Source: an uncultured Aliarcobacter sp.
Lineage (GTDB): Bacteria; Campylobacterota; Campylobacteria; Campylobacterales; Arcobacteraceae
Direction: 5' to 3'
Length of the DNA: 64,000 nt
NCBI GenBank assembly: GCA_963677435.1
Contig: OY781945.1
Location: forward strand, 864,001 to 928,000
Shown piece after piece: positions 10,051-23,900 of the stretch (positions within the stretch are counted from its first letter, which is position 1; each line of letters starts with the position of its first letter). The translations under genes were made by a program, and so were the position numbers. The notes below the pieces were generated by a model. It ran no database searches and had not been told where the DNA came from. It saw only the letters and a list, made by a program, of their open reading frames with translations.

Positions 10051-10350
10051 GTGAGTAATGAAATAGAAATTGAATTAGATGATGAGTTAGATTTACAAGA
10101 GCCAAAAAAATATAAAGTTTTTTTATTAAATGATGATTTCTCGACAATGGATTTTGTAATTGATGTATTAGTAAGAGTATTTAGAAAATCAGTTGATGAA
10201 GCTTCGGTTATAATGATGAATATTCACAACAAAGGAAAAGAACTTTGTGGAACTTATACATATGAAATTGCATCAACAAAAGTTGCCCAAGTTAAAACAA
10301 TGGCAAGAGAAAAAGGTTTTCCTTTAAAAGCTATAATGGAAGAAGAATAA
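10051..10350 (+). CDS. clpS: ATP-dependent Clp protease adaptor ClpS
   Basis: YKVFLLNDDFSTMDFV and FPLK motifs, immediately upstream of clpA. Confidence 0.95.
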   Translation: MSNEIEIELDDELDLQEPKKYKVFLLNDDFSTMDFVIDVLVRVFRKSVDEASVIMMNIHNKGKELCGTYTYEIASTKVAQVKTMAREKGFPLKAIMEEE

Positions 10351-10351
10351 A

Positions 10352-12571
10352 ATGATTAGCAAAGAATTAAGAAGCATTTTTACACAAGCTGTAGGATATG
10401 CAAAAAGTAGTAAACATGAGTATTTGACATTAGAACATATTTTTTTAATGTTAATTCATGACCAAACAATTGAAAATTTATTTATAGATTTAGGTGTGGA
10501 TACAAATCAATTATTTAGTGATGTAAAAAAATATATTGATGAGAATACACCAAGACTGCCAGTTAATATAATTGATGAGCCAATGGAAACTATTTCATTA
10601 ACATCAACAATAGAATATATGGTAGCCCATGTTCAAACAAGTGGAAAATCAAATGCAAATGTAGAAGATATGTTTGTAGCAATTTTAAAAGATGAAAAAT
10701 CTTATGCTACATATTTATTGAAAAAGCTAGGAATACAAAGAGTTGATATTTTAGAAGAGATTGCCCACAAAGAACCAGACGAAGATAATTTAAATGAAGA
10801 TGATAATGACATCGATAATAAAGTATTAGATAAAAATTCAACAGAGTTAGTTTCAGTTGCTAAAAAAGGTGATATTGATCCAGTTATTGGAAGAGAAACA
10901 GAGATTTCGAGGGTTATTGAAATTTTAAGTAGAAGAAAAAAAAATAATCCTATTTTAGTTGGTGAACCAGGTGTCGGTAAAACAGCAATTGCAGAAGGAT
11001 TAGCTTTAGAAATAGCACAAGAGAGAGTTCCAGAATTTTTACTAAAAGCAAAAGTATTTTCACTTGATATGGGTTCAATGATTGCTGGAACAAAATATAG
11101 AGGAGATTTTGAGAAAAAATTGAAATCTCTTTTAAAAGAAGTAGCAAAAATACCAAATGCAATTTTATTTATTGATGAAATTCACACAATTGTTGGAGCT
11201 GGAAGTGTTGGTGGAAGTGCTATGGATGCTTCAAATATTTTAAAACCAATGTTAGCAAATGGAAAATTAAGATGTATTGGAGCTACAACTTTTAGTGAAT
11301 TTAGAAATGATTTCTCAAAAGATAAAGCATTAAGTAGAAGATTTGCAAAAGTAGATGTAAATGAACCATCAATTGAAGATTCAATTACAATTTTAGAAGG
11401 TTTAAAATCAAAATACGAAGAGTATCATGGTGTAAAATATTCAAAAGGTGCAATAACAAGTGCCGTTGAATTAAGTAAGAAATATATTACAGATAGATTT
11501 TTACCAGATTGTGCAATTGATGTAATTGATGAGGTTGGAGCTTCTAAAAAAATAAGTTTAGCAAGTGAACTAAAAACAAAAACAGCAAGTAATATTACAA
11601 TCACTACAAAAGATGTAGAAAGTATTATCGCTAAGATGGCACATATCCCAGAGCGAAGTGCAACAAAATCTGATTTAACTCTATTAAAATCGTTAGAAAA
11701 AAATATGCAAAAAAGAGTTTTCGGACAAGATAATGCAATTACAACGATAGTTCAATCTATAAAAAGAAATAAAGCAGGGCTTGGACTTGATAAAAAACCA
11801 ATTGGAAGTTTCTTATTTACAGGACCAACAGGAGTTGGAAAAACAGAAGTAGCAAAAGAGTTATCATCTCAACTTGGAATTCATTTTGAAAGATTTGATA
11901 TGAGTGAATATATGGAAGCTCATACAATCTCAAGACTGATTGGAGCACCAGCTGGTTATGTTGGATTTGAACAAGGTGGACTTTTAACTGAAGCCATTAG
12001 AAAACATCCTCATACTGTGCTTTTACTTGATGAAATTGAAAAAGCACATCCTGATTTAATGTCAATTCTTTTACAAGTAATGGATAATGCAGAATTAACT
12101 GATAATAGTGGTAACAAAGCAGATTTCCAAAATGTAGTTTTAATAATGACATCAAATCTAGGAGCAACTGAAGCAAATGTAATGGGATTTGCAAAAAACG
12201 AGAAACTAAATGAAAATAAAGCAATAAATAAATTCTTTGCACCAGAGTTTAGAAATAGACTTGATGCGGTTGTTACTTTTGATTCATTAAGTATTGACAT
12301 AGTTACTAAAGTTGCAGGTAAGTTTATAGAAGATTTAGAAAAACAATTAGTAGATAAAAAGATCAAAATTGAAATAAGTGCAAAAGCCAAAAAAGAGTTA
12401 GCAACCTTAGGTTATGATAAAGCTATGGGTGCTAGACCACTTAATAGAGTAATATCAGATAAAATTAAAAATCCATTGACAGATGAAATTTTATTTGGTA
12501 AATTAAAAAAAGGTGGATTGGTAAAAATAGACTTTGAAAAAGAGTTTATTTTTGAATTTAAAGCTTTGTAA
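10352..12571 (+). CDS. clpA: ATP-dependent Clp protease ATP-binding subunit ClpA
   Basis: Two AAA modules (GEPGVGKT, GPTGVGKT), no ClpB middle domain, MGF ClpP-docking loop, next to clpS. Confidence 0.95.
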   Translation: MISKELRSIFTQAVGYAKSSKHEYLTLEHIFLMLIHDQTIENLFIDLGVDTNQLFSDVKKYIDENTPRLPVNIIDEPMETISLTSTIEYMVAHVQTSGKSNANVEDMFVAILKDEKSYATYLLKKLGIQRVDILEEIAHKEPDEDNLNEDDNDIDNKVLDKNSTELVSVAKKGDIDPVIGRETEISRVIEILSRRKKNNPILVGEPGVGKTAIAEGLALEIAQERVPEFLLKAKVFSLDMGSMIAGTKYRGDFEKKLKSLLKEVAKIPNAILFIDEIHTIVGAGSVGGSAMDASNILKPMLANGKLRCIGATTFSEFRNDFSKDKALSRRFAKVDVNEPSIEDSITILEGLKSKYEEYHGVKYSKGAITSAVELSKKYITDRFLPDCAIDVIDEVGASKKISLASELKTKTASNITITTKDVESIIAKMAHIPERSATKSDLTLLKSLEKNMQKRVFGQDNAITTIVQSIKRNKAGLGLDKKPIGSFLFTGPTGVGKTEVAKELSSQLGIHFERFDMSEYMEAHTISRLIGAPAGYVGFEQGGLLTEAIRKHPHTVLLLDEIEKAHPDLMSILLQVMDNAELTDNSGNKADFQNVVLIMTSNLGATEANVMGFAKNEKLNENKAINKFFAPEFRNRLDAVVTFDSLSIDIVTKVAGKFIEDLEKQLVDKKIKIEISAKAKKELATLGYDKAMGARPLNRVISDKIKNPLTDEILFGKLKKGGLVKIDFEKEFIFEFKAL

Positions 12572-12666
12572 CACAATTTTTATACAAATCTTTAGGTACA
12601 ATTCGAAAATTGTTTTTTATACAAAACAAACAAGTTATTATTTTATTTAACAAAGGAACAAAAACC

Positions 12667-13308
12667 ATGAAAAAACTTTTATTAGGTTCAGCTGTAGCAG
12701 TTGCATTATTAACAGGTTGTGGAGATGAAAAAAAAGAGTCTACTCAAACTAGTTCAGCTGTACAAGAAATTAAAAAAGATGAAGTTACACCTGTTGTAAA
12801 AGAAGAACAATCAACACCTGCTGTTCAAGATGCAACTCAAGCTGTAGAAAAAGTTTCTAATGAAGTTAAAGAAAGTACTGAAAAAGTTGTTGAAGCAGTA
12901 AAAGATGTAGCTTCTAAAGTTGAAGAATCAACTGAAAAAATAGAAGAACCAAAAGATACAACTACTACAATTACTGAAACAAAAGAAAATATTGTAATTG
13001 CACCAGAAAAAGTTGAAGGTGAAATTAAAGAAGTAACAGAAGAAACGGCTACAACTGATGTACCAGTAATTGATGCAACAACTTTATTTGCAACATGTGC
13101 ATCTTGTCATGGACAAAAAGCAGAAAAATCAGCTTTAGGGAAATCACAAGTAATCGCAGGTTGGGATAAACAAAAAATCATTGATGCATTAAATGGATAT
13201 AAAAATGGTACTTATGGTGGAGTTATGAAAAATATTATGACTGGACAAGTAAGTAATAAATCAGATGCTGAAATTGAAGCACTAGCAGATCTTATCTCAA
13301 AAATGTAA
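12667..13308 (+). CDS. Lipoprotein with C-terminal cytochrome c553-like domain
   Basis: ATG at 12667 after AAGGA RBS, lipobox LTGC, acidic linker, CASCHG and GGVMKNIM axial-Met region. Confidence 0.85.
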   Translation: MKKLLLGSAVAVALLTGCGDEKKESTQTSSAVQEIKKDEVTPVVKEEQSTPAVQDATQAVEKVSNEVKESTEKVVEAVKDVASKVEESTEKIEEPKDTTTTITETKENIVIAPEKVEGEIKEVTEETATTDVPVIDATTLFATCASCHGQKAEKSALGKSQVIAGWDKQKIIDALNGYKNGTYGGVMKNIMTGQVSNKSDAEIEALADLISKM

Positions 13309-13310
13309 AA

Positions 13311-13335
13311 TAAAAAGTGGAAATTCCACTTTTTA
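13311..13335 (+). terminator. Intrinsic terminator after the cytochrome c gene
   Basis: TAAAAAGTGG-AAATT-CCACTTTTTA inverted repeat. Confidence 0.7.
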
Positions 13336-13522
13336 GAATTAATCTTCCTATAATCATAACTATTTTAAATAAAACAGACAGTTTCTCTACAAAAAATTAA
13401 TAAAAATTCATCAATATAATAACAAAAAAACTAAAAAATAGATTTAAAACTTAGTAAAAGCTAGTAAAAAAGTAAAAAAGTAAAAAATGAACAGCAAATT
13501 TAGAAATTTAGGAGAAAAGCTC

Positions 13523-13551
13523 TTGACAAAGCCAAAAGAATCTATTATAAT
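13523..13551 (+). promoter_or_regulatory. Sigma70 promoter of the rRNA operon
   Basis: TTGACA-17 bp-TATAAT perfect consensus, GC-rich discriminator, A-tracts upstream. Confidence 0.9.
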
Positions 13552-13842
13552 TCCCGTCCAATTTGACTGAAGCGCATCAAACGAGAGAATGATAGGAAGC
13601 GTTGAAATCGAAGCTGGATGATCTTTAAAAATAATTATAACGTTTGTAAAGTAATCTTTATAAACCGAATATGAGACTCTTATAAAAATCTGTTATTTAT
13701 TACAGATGTAAAATAAGAATAAATGTTAAAAATATAAAAACAAACAAGAACAATATGGTAAAACATATAACTTGTCTATACTATGAGTGATAATTTTGTA
13801 ATAGTAAAATAATACAGAATAAGTCAAGTTCAAAAACTTCAA

Positions 13843-15360
<1,518 letters not shown>

Positions 15361-15455
15361 AGAGAATTGAGACTAGATTCGTTTCTAGTTTCAAAACTAA
15401 AAAGAAAGAGTTTTTATATTCGGTTTATAAAGATTATTTAAATAGGTAGAAAAAT

Positions 15456-15532
15456 GGGCCTATAGCTCAGCTGGCTAGAGCGCTCGACTGATAATCGTGA
15501 GGTCCCAGGTTCAAGTCCTGGTAGGCCCACCA
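15456..15532 (+). tRNA. tRNA-Ile(GAT)
   Basis: Cloverleaf GGGCCTA/TAGGCCC, anticodon GAT, encoded CCA, in the ITS. Confidence 0.97.
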
Positions 15533-15599
15533 TTAAATAATCTATAAAGATTAATCATCGGGTCCTAAAAAAATGCAATTTTTTTGGGTAGATCAGTGT

Positions 15600-15675
15600 G
15601 GGGAATTAGCTCAGCTGGGAGAGCGCCTGCTTTGCACGCAGGAGGTCAGCGGTTCGATCCCGCTATTCTCCACCA
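15600..15675 (+). tRNA. tRNA-Ala(TGC)
   Basis: Cloverleaf, anticodon TGC, G3:U70 pair, encoded CCA. Confidence 0.97.
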
Positions 15676-16023
15676 CCTATTAAAAATAAGCTAAAATTTA
15701 TAATTAGAAGAAATGATAAACAAGATTAAATATAAGTTCAAAAAGAATTGAATTTATATTTGATTTTCGAATCAAAATGATATTTAAAAATATAATGTTA
15801 AAGTCTTTAATTTTTTCGTTTAATTAAAAGAACTAAAAGAATTTATTCTAATAGAACTAATAATTAAAAACAAAAATTTTAATTATCTAGAAATAGATAG
15901 AACACAACTTTTTTATAAGATATATAGAGTTAGTTAATTAGATTTAATTAATAAAGTATGTTTAATAAGATAGTAGCCAAAGAATATTATCAAAAATGCG
16001 ACAGAATTTAATTCTGTTTATTA

Positions 16024-18930
<2,907 letters not shown>

Positions 18931-19110
18931 TTTAACAAATTCTTTGGTTTACTATCTTATTAAATATATTGATTATATGTTTAATATAAATGTGTGATTT
19001 TTAGAAAGAACAAAAAGACTTTAACATTATTTTTTTCTTAACTCCTAAACGAGTTGAGTGTAAAGTGTATTTACATATTTATTTATGTTTTTACTTTTTA
19101 CACTCAACTT

Positions 19111-19226
19111 TGCTGGTGGCTATAGAGAAGTGGAAATACCCAGTCCCATTCCGAACCTGGAAGTCAAGCACTTCATCGCCGATAATACTGCCGGGTCCCC
19201 TGGTGGAAACGTAGGCCGCTGCCAGC
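19111..19226 (+). rRNA. rrf: 5S rRNA
   Basis: GCTGGTGGC...CCCATTCCGAAC...GCCGATAATACT...GCCAGC with paired ends. Confidence 0.95.
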
Positions 19227-19243
19227 TCTTGAGTTTTTTACAC

Positions 19244-19295
19244 AAGCTTTTAACTATTCGAACTTCTTGTTCCTCTAGTTAAAAGCTTTTTTTTT
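19244..19295 (+). terminator. rRNA operon terminator
   Basis: 13-bp stem AAGCTTTTAACTA/TAGTTAAAAGCTT followed by a T run. Confidence 0.75.
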
Positions 19296-19432
19296 AGCCC
19301 GCTTTTTAGCCAAAATATGTTTTACTTATTGCATTTGTATTTAGTTTCTTTTTCTGGCTATAATTGATTTACTTGGCTTTTATCCTTTTATATTAACTAT
19401 ATCTCTTAGTTAGCCAATACATTATTCTTTTT

Positions 19433-19505
19433 GCTTGCATAGCTCCAACGGTAGAGCAATTCCATGGTAAGGAAGAGGTTACAGGTTCAACTCCTGTTGT
19501 GAGCA
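19433..19505 (+). tRNA. Atypical tRNA-Thr(GGT), no encoded CCA (possibly degenerate or foreign)
   Basis: Acceptor GCTTGCA/TGTGAGC, D-stem GCTC/GAGC, anticodon arm TTCC-ATGGTAA-GGAA, T-arm ACAGG-TTCAACT-CCTGT. Confidence 0.75.
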
Positions 19506-19557
19506 TTCCCTCCACTATAATTCTTGTCCTTATTCTTCCTCTTCCTTTTTAGATTAT

Positions 19558-20952
19558 CTAATGCTTCCTTGAGTCTTTTTTATACTTCCTCCATTGTTTG
19601 AAAAACTCTTCATTATGAAGTTGGTTTCTTTGGCTGTAATTAGCTGTATAATTCATCATTACTTGTTCTAAGAAAGTACTATAATCAAGTGCAATAACAC
19701 CATTCTCTTTACTTTGAGCCTTATCTCCCCATCTATTTTGAAACCATTCATTCCATTCATTACTTCCTGGTTTATACATATTCCAAACTTCATCATTGAT
19801 GGATTTTACAGGATAAAAAAAAGTAACCATATTATAATCATTTGCTTTATAACTTGATGTACCGTGACAACTTAAACAAGATGAACTTCTAAGAGATTCA
19901 ACTGTTTTATCATCCACTTTTACATTATATTTAACTGCAATATCAAAAGGTCCAGATAGTCTTAATCCATAACCTAATGTAACTTTTGCATATTCAGGTG
20001 CATTAGGATTAATATATGTTTCCATAAGTTCTTCTTTTGGATTTTTTGCTGAATCAATTTTTGGATCATTCCCCCACATTGCACCAAGTGGAACCATTTT
20101 ATCCCATGGATTTTCACCTTTTGCATTCTTATCATAAACTAATGTTGTAAAAACCCATCCCGTTTGTGGAGCTGCAATTGAATCTTTTACAATAATATCA
20201 AATATTATAACTCTTGTATCTGTAACAGTTGCTGGTTTATCTTCTATTGTTCCATTTAAATCAAAAGGTTTTCTATATATTTGCCATTTTGCAGCACCAT
20301 CAAGTACTGGCCATTGTTCAGGCGTTGCAGAAGCTACAGCTGCTTTTATAATAATTGCCCCTTCTTCAAATTGAGCTTCATTATTCTCTATAGAGGGAAT
20401 GCACTCTTTTTTTATTTCACTACAATTTTTAAATATTTTATAAAGAGTATAAGCAGCTGTCTGGTCATAATATATTGCAGCATAATTTCTAAGAGGGACA
20501 GTTAATCCATAATCTTTATATACAGATGCTGGTTGGATTTGTCCTGTGTAAGTACCATAAATTGATTCTCTTCCTTCCCAACCAGTTAATGAGACATCTT
20601 CTCCTGCCCAAAGCATACTGTACCAACCTTTTTGAGAACTGTTATTCCACTTATTTTGATTTAAAACAAAAGTTTTCATTGAGGGTTCAATATATTTTTT
20701 AAGTGCAATAATATAATCATAAGCATTTTGTTTTGTAAGTGGCTTATTATTTAAAACTTTACTCCAAGGAGTGTTTATTGGTTTTTTGTATTCTTTTGGA
20801 TAGTTGTAATTAAATTTGAATAGGCTTCCAGAATATTCATTCTTTGATGGGATTGCACCATTATTTACAGCAAATGGATTTATATTTGAATCTTGAGCTA
20901 AAAGTGTAACTACTGAACTCAAAAAAAGTAGGCTTAGGTTTCTTTTTTTCAT
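19558..20952 (-). CDS. Secreted hypothetical protein with a single CxxCH (putative monoheme c-type cytochrome)
   Basis: ATG at 20952 with AGGAG RBS, Sec signal MKKRNLSLLFLSSVVTLLA, MVPLGAMWGNDP and SSCLSCHG. Confidence 0.75.
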   Translation of the reverse strand: MKKRNLSLLFLSSVVTLLAQDSNINPFAVNNGAIPSKNEYSGSLFKFNYNYPKEYKKPINTPWSKVLNNKPLTKQNAYDYIIALKKYIEPSMKTFVLNQNKWNNSSQKGWYSMLWAGEDVSLTGWEGRESIYGTYTGQIQPASVYKDYGLTVPLRNYAAIYYDQTAAYTLYKIFKNCSEIKKECIPSIENNEAQFEEGAIIIKAAVASATPEQWPVLDGAAKWQIYRKPFDLNGTIEDKPATVTDTRVIIFDIIVKDSIAAPQTGWVFTTLVYDKNAKGENPWDKMVPLGAMWGNDPKIDSAKNPKEELMETYINPNAPEYAKVTLGYGLRLSGPFDIAVKYNVKVDDKTVESLRSSSCLSCHGTSSYKANDYNMVTFFYPVKSINDEVWNMYKPGSNEWNEWFQNRWGDKAQSKENGVIALDYSTFLEQVMMNYTANYSQRNQLHNEEFFKQWRKYKKDSRKH

Positions 20953-20962
20953 AATTATCTCC

Positions 20963-23900
20963 TTATAAAATTTGGTTTCTTCCCTTTTCTTTGGCTTCAT
21001 ATAATTTATAATCAGCAAATCTAATTAAATTTTTTGTACTTATTTCTTCTATATCATCAGTTGTTGCTAATCCCATACTAAGAGTAACTTTTTCATTAAT
21101 TTGTGATTTCTCATGAGCTATATCTAATTTTGATATAGCTTCTTGAATATTTCTGGCAATATCTAATGCAGCTTGTCTTGAAGTATTTGGCATGATTATT
21201 CCAAATTCTTCTCCACCATATCTTGCAACTATATCACTTGATCTTTTTAGATTAGCTTGAATACATTGTGCAATTTGTTTTAAACATTCATCCCCTTGAA
21301 GATGACCGTAATAGTCATTATATAATTTGAAATAATCAATATCGCACATAATAAGAGATAAACTATCATTTGTTCTATTTATTTTTGAACACTCTTGCTC
21401 TAAAACAATATCAAAAACTCTTCTATTTTTTATATTTGTTAAAGCATCAGTTGTTGCTAATAAATCAAGTTGTTTAATTGCCTCATGGAGTTTTTCTTCA
21501 ACTTCTTTTCTTTTTTCATTCTCTTTAACAATATTTGAATTAAGTTCTAAAATTTTATTATTTTGTAATTGAAGTTGAATATTTTGTTTTTCCAATTCTT
21601 CATTTTTTTTATCCAATTCTTTTGTTCTTTGCTGAACTTTTTTCTCTAAATTATTATAGATGATTGCATTTTCTATGGAAATTGCAATTTGTCCACTAAG
21701 ATGTTTTAATAAATCAATTTTGTCTTTTGTAAATATTCCAGAAATTGCATTGTTTTCTAAATAAATAATTCCTTTTATATCATTGTGAAGAATTAAGGGC
21801 AAACATAAAATTGATTTTACGCCTCTTCTTAAAGTATCTTCTTCTTGAAAAAAAGTTGTATGGTTATTTAAATCATTAATTATTATTGGTTTTTTAGTTC
21901 GGATTACATAATTTACAATATTATGTGCAATGTTTTTAAATTTTTCTAACTCAATATTTTGCATAACTTCAATATTATTTGATTTATAAGAAGCAGTTGC
22001 TTCAACAAAATAGCTATTTTCATCTTTCAATAGTACAATTGCATATTGTGCACCTGCATTTTCTAAAATAGTACTTAATAAATTTTTTAAAAGATTTGCT
22101 AATTTTTGCTCTTTTATTATAGCTTCTGTTGATTTTATTAAAGTATTTAAATCAAGTAATTGCTCTGAATAGTTTACATTTTTATCTTGATTATATTCAT
22201 CTATGTTCATACCCCATTCAAGTAAAGATTTGAATTCTTCTTTTTTTAAAAGTTCAGAAACTTTAGATTGATTTAGTTCTTTATAACTTTCTACAAGAAT
22301 TCTATTTGCAATTGCTTTTAAGTTAATTTGTGAATACATGTCAGCTGTTTCAATAGCACTTTCTAAATATGCAAATGCTTCTGTATAATTCTTTTTTATT
22401 TTTGCTAATTCAGCTTTTAAAATATTTTTTCTCACCAAAAAATTTTCAGGAGACTCTAAACTATATTTTTCAAATAATTTAAGATTTCTATTTAATATTG
22501 TTAAATATCTCTTTTTTAATCCATAATTAACATCATCATAGCGTTTTGCTAGAATCAACGATTCATAAAAAAAGTGTTCGCTACCATGTATTGTACCTTT
22601 AGAATCATTTAGATATTTTTTACTTTTTAAATAAAAATTGTAAGCATCATTATATTTCTTATGTATATATAAAACAATCATTTTATTAATGTAATAATAG
22701 TGGGCAAAATGTTTAGAACTATAAGTATCTAAACTTTTTTCATAAGAATTTTCAGAAAAGTTATCGTCATTAAAACTATTTTGGCTTATTGTTTTTCCTT
22801 GAAGATTTTTTATTGCTTGTTTGACACTTAAAATTGCTCCTAATTGTTCTTTTGCATTTATTCTTTCTAGATTTTTCTCGAATATTTCAATTTGTGAAAG
22901 AATGCTTTGAAAGTCTACACCTCTTAAAAACATACTTTGTATAATTCCAGCAGCAGCACAACCACTGTGAAACAAATCACCTATTATTAAACCATTTGTA
23001 TATGCCTCAAACCATTTTTGCTCTGTAGTTGTAGTTGGCACTGTCCATGATAGTCCAAAATATCCACATACAAAACTTACTTCAGGATATAAAATATTGT
23101 TCTTATATTTTTCAATCATTTTCATGGCAAGTTGTGAGTATTTATAGCCTAATTTATGATTACCAAGAATCGCTCCTTGAAATATAACTCCATAAACCAT
23201 AAAACCAATCACAGCATCTTTTGTGTCTCCATGCTCTAGACAAATTTTTATTAATTTCATTGAAGTTAAAACACAAAGTTTTGGATCAATTTGATAAGCA
23301 GTTTTTAAAATAGCAGATAAAAGTTTTATTGAAATAATAATTTGTTCATCATTTGTACAAGATAGATTTATTAGTTCTTCTGGATTTTTATTTTTTAATT
23401 TAAATTTTAAATATAAAAATTCTTTTGCAAAAATAAAACCATTAAACTTTTTAGGAATTTTTACATCAAAAAGTGTCAAAGCTTCTCTTCCAATATTATA
23501 AGCTTCATTGAAATCTGAAAATTCTGAATATAGTTTTATTATAAGTTCATAAATATAAGCTTTTTCTAAATTTGAAGAACTATTTTCAATAGCCTTTATA
23601 TAATATACCAAGGCATCTTTTTTATTAAGGATTAGATGTTCACAAATTGCATAATTTTTAAGAATTTCACAATAATTCTCTTTTTTACTTAAATCTAAAA
23701 AAAGTGAAAATGCTTCTTGCATGTATTTTTGTGACATAATAAAATCGCCATTTTTTCTGGCCGTTAATGCTGCTTCATAATTTAGATTTGCTAGAAAATC
23801 TTTTTCTTCATTTGTAATAAAAAGCTCTTTTGCTTTATTATAATGGTTGATATAAGTTAAAAAGTCATTATTTTCTATATGAATATTTAATTTTATAATT

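Noticed and set aside
13450..13490. Short AGTAAAAA tandem repeats, possible CRISPR or VNTR
   Set aside because: The units are 7-10 bp A-tracts upstream of the rrn promoter with no spacers or cas genes, better explained as UP or curvature elements.
19393..19506. Minus-strand 37-codon ORF MLTTGVEPVTSSLPW... downstream of the cytochrome gene
   Set aside because: This is the typical antisense reading of a tRNA gene, and GGAGG is only 2 nt from the ATG.
20953..21018. N-terminal extension of the cytochrome ORF given in the ORF track
   Set aside because: It overlaps the DGC gene. The ATG at 20952 has a strong RBS and begins a signal peptide.
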